From Hyphochytrium catenoides (Eukaryota > Protista > Hyphochytriomycota): a DNA stretch of 64,000 bases. The position numbers were made by a program, and so were the translations under genes. The notes below the pieces were generated by a model, which ran no database searches, was not told the DNA's origin, and was given only the letters and a program-made list of their open reading frames with translations. Position 1 is the first letter of the stretch; each line of letters starts with the position of its first letter. The DNA is taken from NCBI GenBank assembly GCA_900088475.1, contig FLMG01002763.1, positions 74,776 through 138,775 on the forward strand. The letters are read 5' to 3'. Positions 43,501 to 53,870 of this stretch are shown piece after piece.

Positions 43501-44166
43501 TTCCCTCTCCATCTTCGTATTACTGTCTTGTCAAGGTTGCCAAGCTGGGTAAGGAAATGGAGGCTTACTACGACGAAGTTGCAAAGCGATGGGTCTTTCC
43601 GGGAGAAGAGGCATCTTCCACGCCGCCTCCGCCGTCTGCTCCCCCTACAGCCGCAGAGTTGGCTAAGCAAGCTGCACCATCCTCTTCCACACCTCCTAAA
43701 GAAGGGGGGCCTCCAACCCCCTCTGAACCTAAAACTGCTGACCCTCTGGCCGCTTTGATGGCTCCACCGCCTGTAAGGCTCCCGGGCGCAGGAGGAGCGG
43801 CCAACCCACTAGCATCTATGATGGCACCACCTTCACGGACCCCTGTTATGTACGCCGGTGGTAAGAACACTCTATTTGTCGCCGGCGCTAGGAGATCTTG
43901 TTAGACGAGGACACATGCTGACTCTCGATGTGTGTTCCATCACCCGCATCCGCCTGCATTGAAAGCAGTACACACCCAGGCACTTGTTTCTAACTCCACG
44001 TTCATTATACATAGGTCGCGGCCGGCGAGGTGGACCCCGCCCTCCTCCTCGCGGGTTCGCGGTGTTCAAGCCCCAAGCTCCGCAACAGCAGCAGTCAGAG
44101 GGCGGACAACCTTCACCCCAATCTGCTCCTGCCACTGCAGGCGAAGATTCTGCTCCTCCATCATAG
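31572..44166 (+). CDS. SEC16: COPII scaffold / ER exit site protein Sec16
   Basis: Long disordered Ser/Pro-rich N-terminus (3.2 kb exon ~32310-35483). Central conserved domain: AIVSFGFGG, FPGPL, LLWSAVRLLIKHNG, GDREAAVTAALLGELWEMAFLIA, HWQENVGMLIAN, LGDRLW...AAHFCYLVSG, LVLIGGDH, IQRTEIYEW, YKLLHAMQLADYG. C-terminal motif KLGKEMEAYYDEVAKRWVFPG. Stop TAG at 44164-44166. The start codon is uncertain (31572, or further upstream). Confidence 0.9.
32831..32970 (+). repeat. In-frame 72 bp (24 aa) two-copy duplication in the SEC16 N-terminal exon
   Basis: HGERVANVPCQLPGLGEAKGLEDR / HGENMGDVPYQLPRLEGAKGLEEP, with copies starting at 32831 and 32903. Confidence 0.9.
39342..39516. repeat. Intronic 90 bp two-copy tandem duplication (SEC16 intron)
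   Basis: ATAGTTCTTGTCCTTGAT...GAAGTTGCT...AGTAATTCT.TCTTCTAT...AGTCTCCA occurs at 39342 and 39432. Confidence 0.85.
40191..40357. repeat. Intronic ~85-89 bp two-copy duplication including a 3' splice site (SEC16)
   Basis: CTGGCAT...TTGTGCCATGAT.CGTTCCTT.TCT(G/A)GAG is repeated. Only the second copy has TAG (acceptor at 40354-40355). Confidence 0.75.
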
Positions 44167-44725
44167 GGACCTGTCCTTAGGCGGAAGCCACATCTACTTA
44201 CCACCGACGTAGCCCCTCGCTAAGCACTCTGTTAAAGGGTAATTGATGATGTGAGCCCCCAGTTATTCTGCTTCTTACCAGAATTTAAGATAAAATGAGA
44301 GCCCAAAGCGTTCAATGCGTTTAGCTTTATAAAAGTGCTCTCCAAACATGCAGATAGAGTTCATTAGACAGTGTATACAAATCATGGCTGATTCCAACTA
44401 AAGCTAAGCCAACATGCAAAATTGAATGTTATTGAGCGTTATGAAAGCAGTCTGTGAAGCATTTGAAGTAGAAGGACCGCATGCCTCGCTCTTCTCGTCT
44501 CCATAACGACTTGGATTCTGATCCATAACACGGTTAGTAGGTCCCATTGCCGCAATTTAAGCGGCACCGCCTTCTCAGGATGGTTTTGAAGCAACTTAAG
44601 CGGCACCTAAGCCTTCTTAGTGCGTTGTCAATCTCTATTCCCTCACATTAGAGATGCCCACCACAGCTCTTCCTCATCTGCGCCACGCTCTCTGGACTAA
44701 TCGGCCCCCACCTACACTACCATTC

Positions 44726-46637
44726 CTACATAAGCTCGATGCCTGCCACTTCCCTCAAGTTCTCAGCTGCTGCTTGGAACCTAGACAAAAGCAGTTGCAG
44801 GTCCTAAGCCAACAAGGCGGATGAAGACAATTGAGTCAACCTTTACCTCTGTGCTTGAGCCCTCTGGAGCTGTTCAACCTCGACTTTGAAGTGCGGATCG
44901 GAGGAATATTGCATTACGGCCTTCTGAAGCTCATCTTGGGTTACATTGTTTCTATCACAAACATCCGCCGACAGTCGGTCGACCCGCTTCACGTATCTAG
45001 GGGAACATTAGCCAAAAAAATGAGGAACAGTGAGCAAAGTAGCTCTGGAACCTGCAAAGAGGTGGTACAAATAGGGTACGAACCCCGTGAAGGGAAGAGA
45101 AATGTGCCAGACGAATGGAACTCCACTCGTATATATAAAACGAGCAAGTAATGATGAAAGGCTCAACTCCTCGAAGGAGAAGGATGACTCTTGCCCCTAT
45201 GAACCCATCAAGGAGATAAACACCAAGATGGTAGAGGGTTCCAGAACGGAACCCTGAACTAATGACAAGGGGCTGCGTGTGAGGCCGAGATAACACTGGA
45301 GAATGCTCCCTGACAGAAAAAAAAAACATTCAAAGGGACAAGAAACGCACGAAGAGGAGGCACAGACGGTGCGAGAGTCTTTTCATGGGTAGCAGCCGCA
45401 GGGTCAGAAGACTCAACAGTCCGATAGTGTGCAAAGGCGAATGAGGAGGCGGACCCTTTACCTCTCATGAAACACAACTTGGAGGGCCTCGTGGTCGAGG
45501 CCGGTCTCCTCCTGGATCTCCTCACAAACCTGGTCCATAACTGCAGACATCCCCTCCAGGGTATCTTTTAAGATAGAAAGAACCTGCCATGCTAGTTTAG
45601 ATGCCTTTGCCCTATGTAAAGCAATCTGTCCATTTGCACCAACCTTGTCAATTGTCAGATGGGAAGGAACATGCACGTCATCTAGGGGGCTCTCTGATTC
45701 CTTTCTGCAAGACAGGAATGAAGGTTAGAAATCTCATGCAGAGATGACGGCGGCTACAGTGGACCGTCTACATGAGAAGGCAGAGACCTCAATGACGTAC
45801 TCCTTCGGCTACCGAAGTGGTTATATTCCAATTGGAAGCGGTGCCAGGCAGACACTGATAGTGCGATAGGAGAACCGTGATGGGAGATAACTCACCCGCT
45901 TATCATGGCAAAGCAGCTTTTGATTTTTCTAACAGCCTGTTTGACATCTGGGTCGTCCATGTAATACTCTTGCGCCTCCTTCACCTGATCTTCTGTGACA
46001 CCTACATCACGGTAGATCTGACCAGCACTTTAGGGTCAATGAATAAGAAGATCCCCTAACGGAACATTCGGAAAAGTAGGATGGAGCAGCAGATTTCGAG
46101 GGACGAAGGAAAAGAAAAGCCTTACCTGAGCCTCGACTTTTGTCATATTCTGTTCAAATTGAGCCATCAAGAAGGCCGCAAGCTCTTGTTCGGTGTCTTG
46201 TCGTCCGGTGCGTGCCATTTCACCTCTCAAACTCGCCTCGAGTTTAGCTAATTGGACCTGCACAAGGAATAGTGAACAGAGGCGTATTGGTATCGCAGAC
46301 AGATAGAAGAGTGGGCCAAGTCAATCACACCGCCACATTACAAGCACATAAGATACTAAGACAGGTAGGTAGGCTTACCATTAAATGGTTCATTTGAACC
46401 GCCAGCACATTCAAGATACTAATCAGTTTCGGCTTTTTTACAAATGGCTCCGGTGCTTTGTCTTCGGAGTTCTATACGGTCATCAGGCGTCAAGCATCAT
46501 CCAAAACTCATCATGGGGCTCACTCTTACCTTCATACCCGGCTTTGAGCTCCAGGCCATCGCAACTCCCACGGTGAGGAGCGCCACGCCCAAGACGGCGA
46601 TCTGCCAAAAATCGTTCATGGCCTTCGTGTTCACCAT
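44726..46637 (-). CDS. Hypothetical N-terminally membrane-anchored alpha-helical protein with two internal repeats
   Basis: Phase-consistent GT-AG splicing gives MVNTKAMNDFWQIAVLGVALLTVGVAMAWSSKP|ELRRQ...NHLM|VQLAKLE...KVEAQ|IYRDVGVTEDQVKEAQEYYMDDPDV...|KESES...IDK|VLSILK...FHER|YVKRVD...NNVTQDELQKAVMQYSSDPHF...QR|FQAAAENLREVAGIELM, ending at TAG 44726-44728. Confidence 0.8.
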
Positions 46638-47959
46638 TGTTCCACTCTTTCTTTGGCAGGCCCGGTAACAATCTTCCTCTTTGACTGGCTCCGGAAGCTT
46701 AACCTTTGCTTCGAGCTGCCCAGAGCATCTACCAAAGAAGATTTCAATGGAGTTTTTGCTGGTGTGAAAGGCAAACCTTCCGATCGGAATCGAACACCAG
46801 AGAGAAATGGAGCAAGACGAAAGAAAACACAGGCGGCGAGACAGAGTTTGCAAGCAAGACAGAAAAGCAGGGCGATAGCGCTATCAGATGGAGAGAAATA
46901 CTCAGAACAGCCCGCCCGCGAAAAAGAGCGATGTTGGAAATGTTGAAAAGGCCAAGAAAATTGAGTGGTTCCGATTGTCACAGAGACAGCAATACTGTAG
47001 CGTTCGAAGAAATATGTGCGGACAATGTGCGCTTCAGCAGCAACAGTGTTTCCTAAAAAAAGCCTTGAACTTCAGCACCCCACACAAGCTTCTGAAGCAC
47101 TGAAGCGGGCATTTGTTTCTTTCCATCGAAACGTTTCAAGGGAAAGGAAATAAACATGGACACCCCTTGCGTGTAAAAAGAGAAATGAAGCTTTCACTGG
47201 ATACTTTGCTCTGACTTGTGCTCTTTGAAGCCAGGAACGTGCGCCAAGCCTCCCTAGCCTATCAGCCCAAGCTTTGGGGTGGTGGTTGTAGTTTTGTGCG
47301 TGCACCCTCATCAGCCCCAGGTACTGGGCGCTAAAGGTGCCCACTACCGCTTAGCTTTTTCACCTTCTGAGTGAGATGAAGACACTACTTCTGTATTTTA
47401 CACCTTGACGACACACTGCCCATTTACCGCACACAGGTGTGTTGCTCCTTCCCCCAGTATCCGGGTTATTTTACTGGTACTGTATTCTGAGATGAAGGTG
47501 AATTAGTGGGGTGGAGGAGCGCTTGAGCGTGCGCGAATTATCTAAGCGGTGCTGGAGCACCGCACCTTTTCTTTATTACTGAGTACCTACTGAGCTGATC
47601 TGGTCGATAACTACCTGTTTCCTCCCAAAGACCAGCCACAGCCAATATTGCTCCAATTAACCTGAAATTTGGCAGAGCTTCCTCTTTTTGTCCCTCTTGA
47701 AGACTCTTCCTCGCACAATCTTCGAGTTGATAGTGGTTGCCGAGATCTCGCCAAAATAAGTTACATGACTAAGATACGAAGCTTTCCTACCAAAACTATG
47801 ACATTTTGCAACTACAGAATGATTCCTCATCTCCAGATCTCTTACCCTGAAAATCGAGCTCAAAAGCTCAATTACCCGATGGGACAGAGACTTTCAAAGT
47901 CCCCTCAAAGTCCCCAAACAGCTAACTTTCCTTACCCTGCGTTATCAGCATAAGGGACA

Positions 47960-48990
47960 GGTGGCACCATGATGAGTGCTAAGGTAAGGGGTGTGAAGCT
48001 CTAAGTATGAGTGGCAAGTGGATGGGGAAGCAAGAAAGCACAAGAAAGGGGATGGAGCGGAGTCATGTTATCTGCCTTTGTTGACGAAGAGCGCGGGTTC
48101 GTGTTCCGCCTGGCTGACCAAGAGATCGAGACCATAAACGCTCATCCACCTCGCACAAAGAGGCTGCACCCCTTGGCGCGGAAAGGTCCTGGTGGTCCCA
48201 ATCCAACCGGAAGCCCAGGCTTGGTGTTCTTTAACTATAAAAGTCTGAGAATCGCGAGGGCTTCTGGAACTGTGACCTCATGCTTCTGCAACTTGAAGAG
48301 CTTATGGACTGCTTCGAAATTCGCGAGCCCTGCCGACAACTCTTGATGGAGGTGGACTGGAGCAGCAGTCATGCCAAAATGGAAGAGATTAGGCTCAAAG
48401 CTTCCAAGATGANNNNNNNNNNNNNNNNNNNNNGAATGCCTAGGAGAAGGGGCGCTGCTTCAACCCAATGACCTGCAATCCATGGTCTTTGAGGAGGGTC
48501 AACCAACCAGGGCCATTCTATGACTCTAAGGCGCAAGCCAAGGACCATTTTGGAGCTCCCATCCTAACAAAAAGAAGCAATACTACTCTACTAAGAAGAA
48601 AAAGGTCTGGCTTGAAATTTGTGGAGAGCTTAGCGACGAACAATGAGGCAGAAGTTCGGAAAGAAAAAGACAATGATGACGAGGGGGCAGCAATGGGCTG
48701 CATCATGGGGCAAGAACTTCTGCATTTTTGTTAGCTAAGCTCTCCTCAATTTTCAAGCGCCAGACCTTTTTCTTCTTAGTAGAGTGTGTACCAGCCAAGT
48801 CTAGGAGTCTAGGGCTATTCTGAAGTTCTGGTAATTTGGTGGCTCAGCAGGCTATTCAATACCACCCAGTATTGCTGCTTTTGTTTTTTAGGATGGAGCT
48901 CCAAAAAATGGTCCTTGGCTTGCGCCTTAGAGTCATAGAAAAAGACAACGATGCTGATCTGGCCAACAAGACCTGGACATTCCTTACAAC
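47960..48990 (+). mobile_element. Degenerate DDE transposase relic, IS630/Tc1/mariner-related
   Basis: Frameshifted translation: HHDEC (first catalytic Asp, 47971) ... KYEWQVDGEARKHKKGDG.GVMLSAFVDEERGF ... SPGLVFFNY ... NREGFWNCDLMLLQLEELMDCFE ... LLMEVDWSSSHAK (second Asp) ... ASKM [gap] CLG..LLQPNDLQSMVFEEG..GPFYD. This matches my recollection of the HDE / KGxGxxxMxS / EGxW / FDxSSxH..MN transposase family. No TIRs were identified. Confidence 0.7.
48516..48940. repeat. Long imperfect inverted repeat (fold-back) derived from the transposase relic
   Basis: The left arm 48516-48657 pairs with the right arm 48714-48940, e.g. TTCTATGACTCTAAGGCGCAAGCCAAGGACCATTTT / AAAATGGTCCTTGGCTTGCGCCTTAGAGTCATAGAA and ACTCTACTAAGAAGAAAAAGGTCTGG / CCAGACCTTTTTCTTCTTAGTAGAGT. 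The right arm has an ~82 nt unpaired segment at 48786-48867. The loop is ~56 nt. Confidence 0.92.
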
Positions 48991-49102
48991 ACTGTTTTCC
49001 AATCTATTTCAGTCTATTCGGCATGTAGCTCTTCTTTCATACTTTGATTATGGCTAGTAGGTAGCCTCCTCCTCCCCACCAGAGAGAATGGATGTCGGAG
49101 CT

Positions 49103-50670
49103 CTACAAGGCAGGACGAAAGAAAACACGGGCGTCTAAGTAAATCTTAGTAGCCACGGAAGATCCGGCTGCGATAAAGGAACAGCCTCGTTGTGTCTGCA
49201 ACGAGGGGGAAAATAGTTCTCTTAACTACTAGTGAAGGTAAGCTTGAGGAAGATGAGTGAGTTCAAGCAACTTTTGCATACGTCCATCATAGCTTGAGAA
49301 AAGGAGAGATGATCAGCAGCAGCCCCAGATGTATGGCTCTCCATCCCTTAATGGTAATAAGCTCTATAAACAGAAAGAGCTGCGATCTGTGTTACCAGTA
49401 GAAGGAGGAGCTGCGAGGGAATCTGTCTGGTAATAAGTTTGGCAAGTGACTCGATTCTCTGAGTATTCCTCTAGGAAAAGAATCTTGAACGGGTGAATGG
49501 AACGGATAAACTGAAGCGCCCACTTGCGCTGGTTAGCATAAAATGTAGATCTGACGGGAGATAAAAACGAGGTCGATCAATATGTATATGATCATGAGGT
49601 AAGTCATGAGAGTGGCACATCTTACCAACAAGTATTAATCATGAAGCTCGATGCACGTGCCGACCAGCTGACAACGGTGTATGAGCCGTGTGCTGCCATC
49701 TCTCAGCTGTATTATTCGCTCCTCTATTTTCTGACAACGCAATGACTCTGGCCTGAGCCCTATTATCCAATTTTCCCGAGTCTCCTCTCTCGCCGACGAC
49801 AAGAAACTCCCCACGCAATGAGTTCTCCTATAGTCACAGGATGTGGGGCTTGTTGTCACCCAAAGATCCAGATTTTTCCTTTTCACCCTTAACCATAACG
49901 TGACAGTTCTCCGCCGCTATGGGTGATTCACTTGTCTCACCAAATGAGTCAGCTCGGGGGCCTCCTTGCTCAACAGCTATATTAATAATTGCAGCAGCTC
50001 TGCGATCGACGTCAAAGTGGCTGCTGGCGAGGGGTTTTGACTGGCGGGGTTTTTTGATGTCCTCTTAGATGAGTTTCTTGAAAGCTGCCAAGACTCTTTC
50101 ATACCACTTTCCCCGTTCACACAAGAACCTTTTCTGAGACTTTTGTTAGAGAATGCCACAATCACCAGCAACGCTGTACCGGGGGCATGGTAGCCTTCAA
50201 AGCAGCGGCATTCCTGAATCACCATATATATTAATGGTCGTCTGGAATGATGATACCAAAGAAGGTATCTCGTAAATTGGACAAAAGACCAGAGAAGGAT
50301 TCCTTTTTGTCCTATCGGACAAGAGAAGACATTGCGCAAGCGCCCTTCACTGCTCCCGCGGAGGCTCACAAACTGTGACGTCTAACCTCACTCTTTCCCT
50401 CAGTCTCGATTATGAAGAATCAGCTATTACTGGAAAGATCAACTAAGTTTTTCTTTTTATAACTTTCAAGGATTGTCCTCATTACTGCTCAGGCTGCAGG
50501 CGGCGATGATGTGACTTTTCTCCCTTGCGCTTCATACAACATCAGTTCCAATGATGTTTCCAATGCTTCTTGCTCCTCTGTGATTGCGTGAACTAACACC
50601 TTCTCCGCCTATCCACGATGAGGATAGCCCAAGCCATATGGTAGCATAACTCTTCGTGCAACGACGTCTA
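49103..50670 (-). pseudogene. Spliced gene relic of unknown family with multiple in-frame stops and no frameshift
   Basis: GT-AG introns at 50386-50312, 50179-50134, 49625-49551 and 49281-49196 join five exons in consistent phase, giving ~430 codons with 11 internal stops. Confidence 0.5.
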
Positions 50671-50877
50671 GGCTAGACAGGGACCAATCGAGAGCACAGA
50701 CTGGCACATACGAAGCCGATCAGCGACCCAAAGTACAAACTGCCCAAACGCTACATTTCTTCTTGGTGGTTCCAGCCATTCACGCTTGAGGCTTTCAGAG
50801 CGACGAGCACTGGTGAGGACGATAAGAATGAGGCAATTTTTCTTGCAGACTTCAGAACAATCGAATTACTTTCGTTC

Positions 50878-51040
50878 AAGAGATCTCCTAGGCAGTAGGA
50901 GACATCTACGTGGAGCTACCGAGCGATGAAGCACTGGAGCATTTTGAAAGAAGAGATCTTATAGGTAGACGAGGACATCTACGTGGGAGTCACTGAAGGA
51001 TGGAGCACTAAAGTCACTCATAAAGAGAGTGGACTTATAA
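50878..51040. repeat. Diverged ~73 bp two-copy duplication downstream of FIS1
   Basis: AAGAGATCT occurs at 50878 and 50951, and GACATCTACGTGG at 50901 and 50974. Confidence 0.65.
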
Positions 51041-51130
51041 AAAAGTGGACGGCTTATCGGGACGAGTCCGACGGTGGCTTGGCCCTCCTTGGCTGACGCC
51101 GAGCTAGCAGCACTTAGTAGAGAAGCCTGC

Positions 51131-51899
51131 CTAGTATCCTCGTCTCTTTTTCAGAAGGAGGTGGACCCCAACTGCTAGCAACGCCGTGGCGCCAGCTGCC
51201 AATCCTAAGCCCACAGCGCCGTCTAAAGAGAAAGGACATTAAATACCGGAGGCTGATCAGCATAAAAGCCCTTCTATTGATTAGGAAGCAAGCAGGCCCG
51301 TACCTTTAGCAATAACCTCCTTTAGACAATTATGTAGGGCCAGGGCCTTCGCATTAGTTGGCTCTCGTCGAAGAAGCCTCTCAATATAGTTCCGACTCTT
51401 AGAGTACTCACCAAGTGCGTAGTGAGCAAGAGCAATGAAGTAGAGGCAGTCGCTAGGGTTATATCCCTCATCAATAAGGTCTGCACATCCCGGGATTTCC
51501 CAAGAGTATGTTAGTCGGCGTAACCCTACGTAGCTTCCATTAAGCTCATAGGCTTACCTTCCATAAGTCCAATACCTCTATACTTGTCTTCTCGATGAGG
51601 GCTTTTAGTCAGAACCCAAGCATAGTTGAATTTGACCTGCGCCAGAGTTGTCAAGCCCCAATGACCACCACGCTGCCAACCACAGTCGTTTGCCGAGTAC
51701 CTGAGAAGAAGGGTGGTCTTTCTCTTGCTCGCTTAGATAGGCCTCCCGCGCGGACTGTATAATGAGGAAAGCCAGATCAATCGTCACCTGCTGCAAGAAT
51801 CAAAGCCTCTGTCGTCTATTGTTCTACCTCAATATCCTTGATCGCAAACCTTGCTTCTTCTTGCAACTGCTGATCGAGGACGGCGCGAGGAGAAGCCAT
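51131..51899 (-). CDS. FIS1: Mitochondrial/peroxisomal fission protein Fis1 (TPR plus tail anchor), 157 aa
   Basis: Exons 51899-51828, 51754-51701, 51636-51558, 51480-51304 and 51222-51131 (474 nt, all GT-AG) give MASPRAVLDQQLQEEARFAIKDIESAREAYLSEQEKDHPSSQVKFNYAWVLTKSPHREDKYRGIGLMEDLIDEGYNPSDCLYFIALAHYALGEYSKSRNYIERLLRREPTNAKALALHNCLKEVIAKDGAVGLGLAAGATALLAVGVHLLLKKRRGY. It has the Fis1 hallmarks FNYAW and CLY.IA, an EP.N..A..L segment, and a C-terminal TM helix with a basic tail. Confidence 0.95.
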
Positions 51900-53870
51900 C
51901 CTATCTCGTCGTAAGAAGATTCCCCTTCCAGAGATTATTGAAGCTTCACAGTCAGGCACGTCCCTCGGAACCTCACAAGTCCGTTAACTAGCTGAGTATT
52001 ATGGGTTGCTTCGCCAAAATGCTGGCTCTAATAATCAGTCACTGCAATGGATCTGGCGCGAAAAATAGAGTTCTGAAGCTTTTTGTTGGGATGTTTCTCA
52101 ACGGATTTGGCTGTCTTGCTTAGAATATCGCAGATTCTGCAACAGTTTTCCTCATTCCAACGATTAATCTGCTAACGGAAAGGATTGTTAGTGTGTCGTT
52201 TCAACAAACTCTGGGAATCTTCTTACCTTCCTTTATAGGAAGTAGACTTCATACTAACGAGCGGCATGCACGCTCATGCCTCCAACGATGGATCATGAGC
52301 GCCTCGTCTTCCTCAATCTTGTGGCCACGCGCGTCCAGAACTGTTCCTCTGGTTCAATACATGAAGCTTATGTGGTGCCGAGGGTATCCATGCGCTCATG
52401 ATCTCCAGACTTGAGCAATAGAATCCGGGAATGCTGGGAGGAAGAGTGGAGATAGTTTGCCGCTCCCATTGTAGAGCTCTTCCGCTTCGTATCTTCGTAG
52501 AGACTGTTCAACGTCGCCTTGTTAGAATCTGCCAAGTTTCGTTGTTGGACGTGTGCCATGGTCCCATTGCGTTTGATCCGCCGGTGGTCCGACTGCTCCT
52601 CGGACTCTGACAGATTTTGAGAAACATGTCGTGCAAGGGAAAGTACTCTAAACTCTGGGCGTCCTCCCGCTAAGAATCTTTCCCACTTAATGGGAGGTGT
52701 TCGCATTTCTTGAACACGAAGAGCTGGGCTGAAGTAGAGGGGTTGCTGTCAATCTCAGTCCTACGGACCATGGTTACCATCGATCTCACTTCAACCTAAG
52801 AACTAGCCAAGCCCGCTCCTTCAGCGGATGTGCCTCCTTCATCACGTAGGGCAGAAGGGCCTCTGAAACTCTTGAAGATAAGCATCGTTAGGTTTCAAGG
52901 CAAAAGATCTTCTATTTGACTTGGCTTTGTCTCTGACCTTCCAAAGGAAAGCTAGAAGTTTCTGATCGTCGGTCACTCTGTTGGTTCCGGTTGCACTGTG
53001 TGACTAACGAGTTAGATGCATCTCCTAATGGAGAGAAGTCATCGCCCTTCATCTTATCTTTGCACCTCATAGTAGTATAACTTGAACTGAGTAATTCGTT
53101 CTCGTACTCTCCTTCCTTGCTCTTCTCTGAAAAGAAAGTTGATGAGCAGGGTCACTCTGAGAAGAGATCTTTTCTCTGCTGTAGAGTCGGGAGATCGTAT
53201 TCTCTCTTCTAAGGCAATAAGATATAGCCATCTCTTTCTCTGTCAGTTCTTACGCCCCACAGCTCGCAGTTTTTATGTCTGCTGATAGCCTGTATGTAGT
53301 CTTTCTCCTCCTCCAACCCCCGTCCTATCTCCATAGCAGAATACATGTTTAGAGGATGAACGCTCAACTATCAGGAAGAACTTCACCGGTTTGCTTCTGT
53401 CTTCGGTTCGATAAAAATATAAGTTCACTCCTCAGCTAATGTTGAGCTTGTATTGCGGGCCAATAGTATGTTTATCGTGTTCTCCTCCACAGCCTGGTTC
53501 CACGGACTCTAGGACCTTTTGGACCTCTTCAGGCAGCTTCACCAAACTGAAAGATTCTTCTTCCCGTTAAGGATCGCAAGATAGTGTTCATCATCATCAT
53601 AGTGTTCATTATCAACCTCTTCAGTTCCTCATGAGATAATTTTGGCCCCCACATGAGACAACGGAGTGTTCCTCCACTTCTGATACTTTCGCGGCTTACT
53701 TGCAAACCTTACTACCGATCAGGCATTTTCTCTTTTGAAGTCGCGATCTGAGAGAGACGGTATTTATAGAGGAGAAGAGCCGCTTGAGCTTTGATTTAGT
53801 CTACATAATTAGTGGGAGCACATTACTCCTCGCTTTGCAAGTTATCGGGCCATCGCTCTTAACACCTCCT

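Noticed and set aside
51605-51796. 63 aa ORF, initially read as part of a stop-riddled pseudogene
   Set aside because: It is FIS1 exon 2 plus flanking intron sequence.
49103-53740. Genome-wide stop-codon reassignment or selenocysteine as the explanation for in-frame stops
   Set aside because: Conserved genes in the window have no internal stops and end in ordinary TAG/TGA, all three stop types occur in the relics, and no SECIS-like element was recognised.
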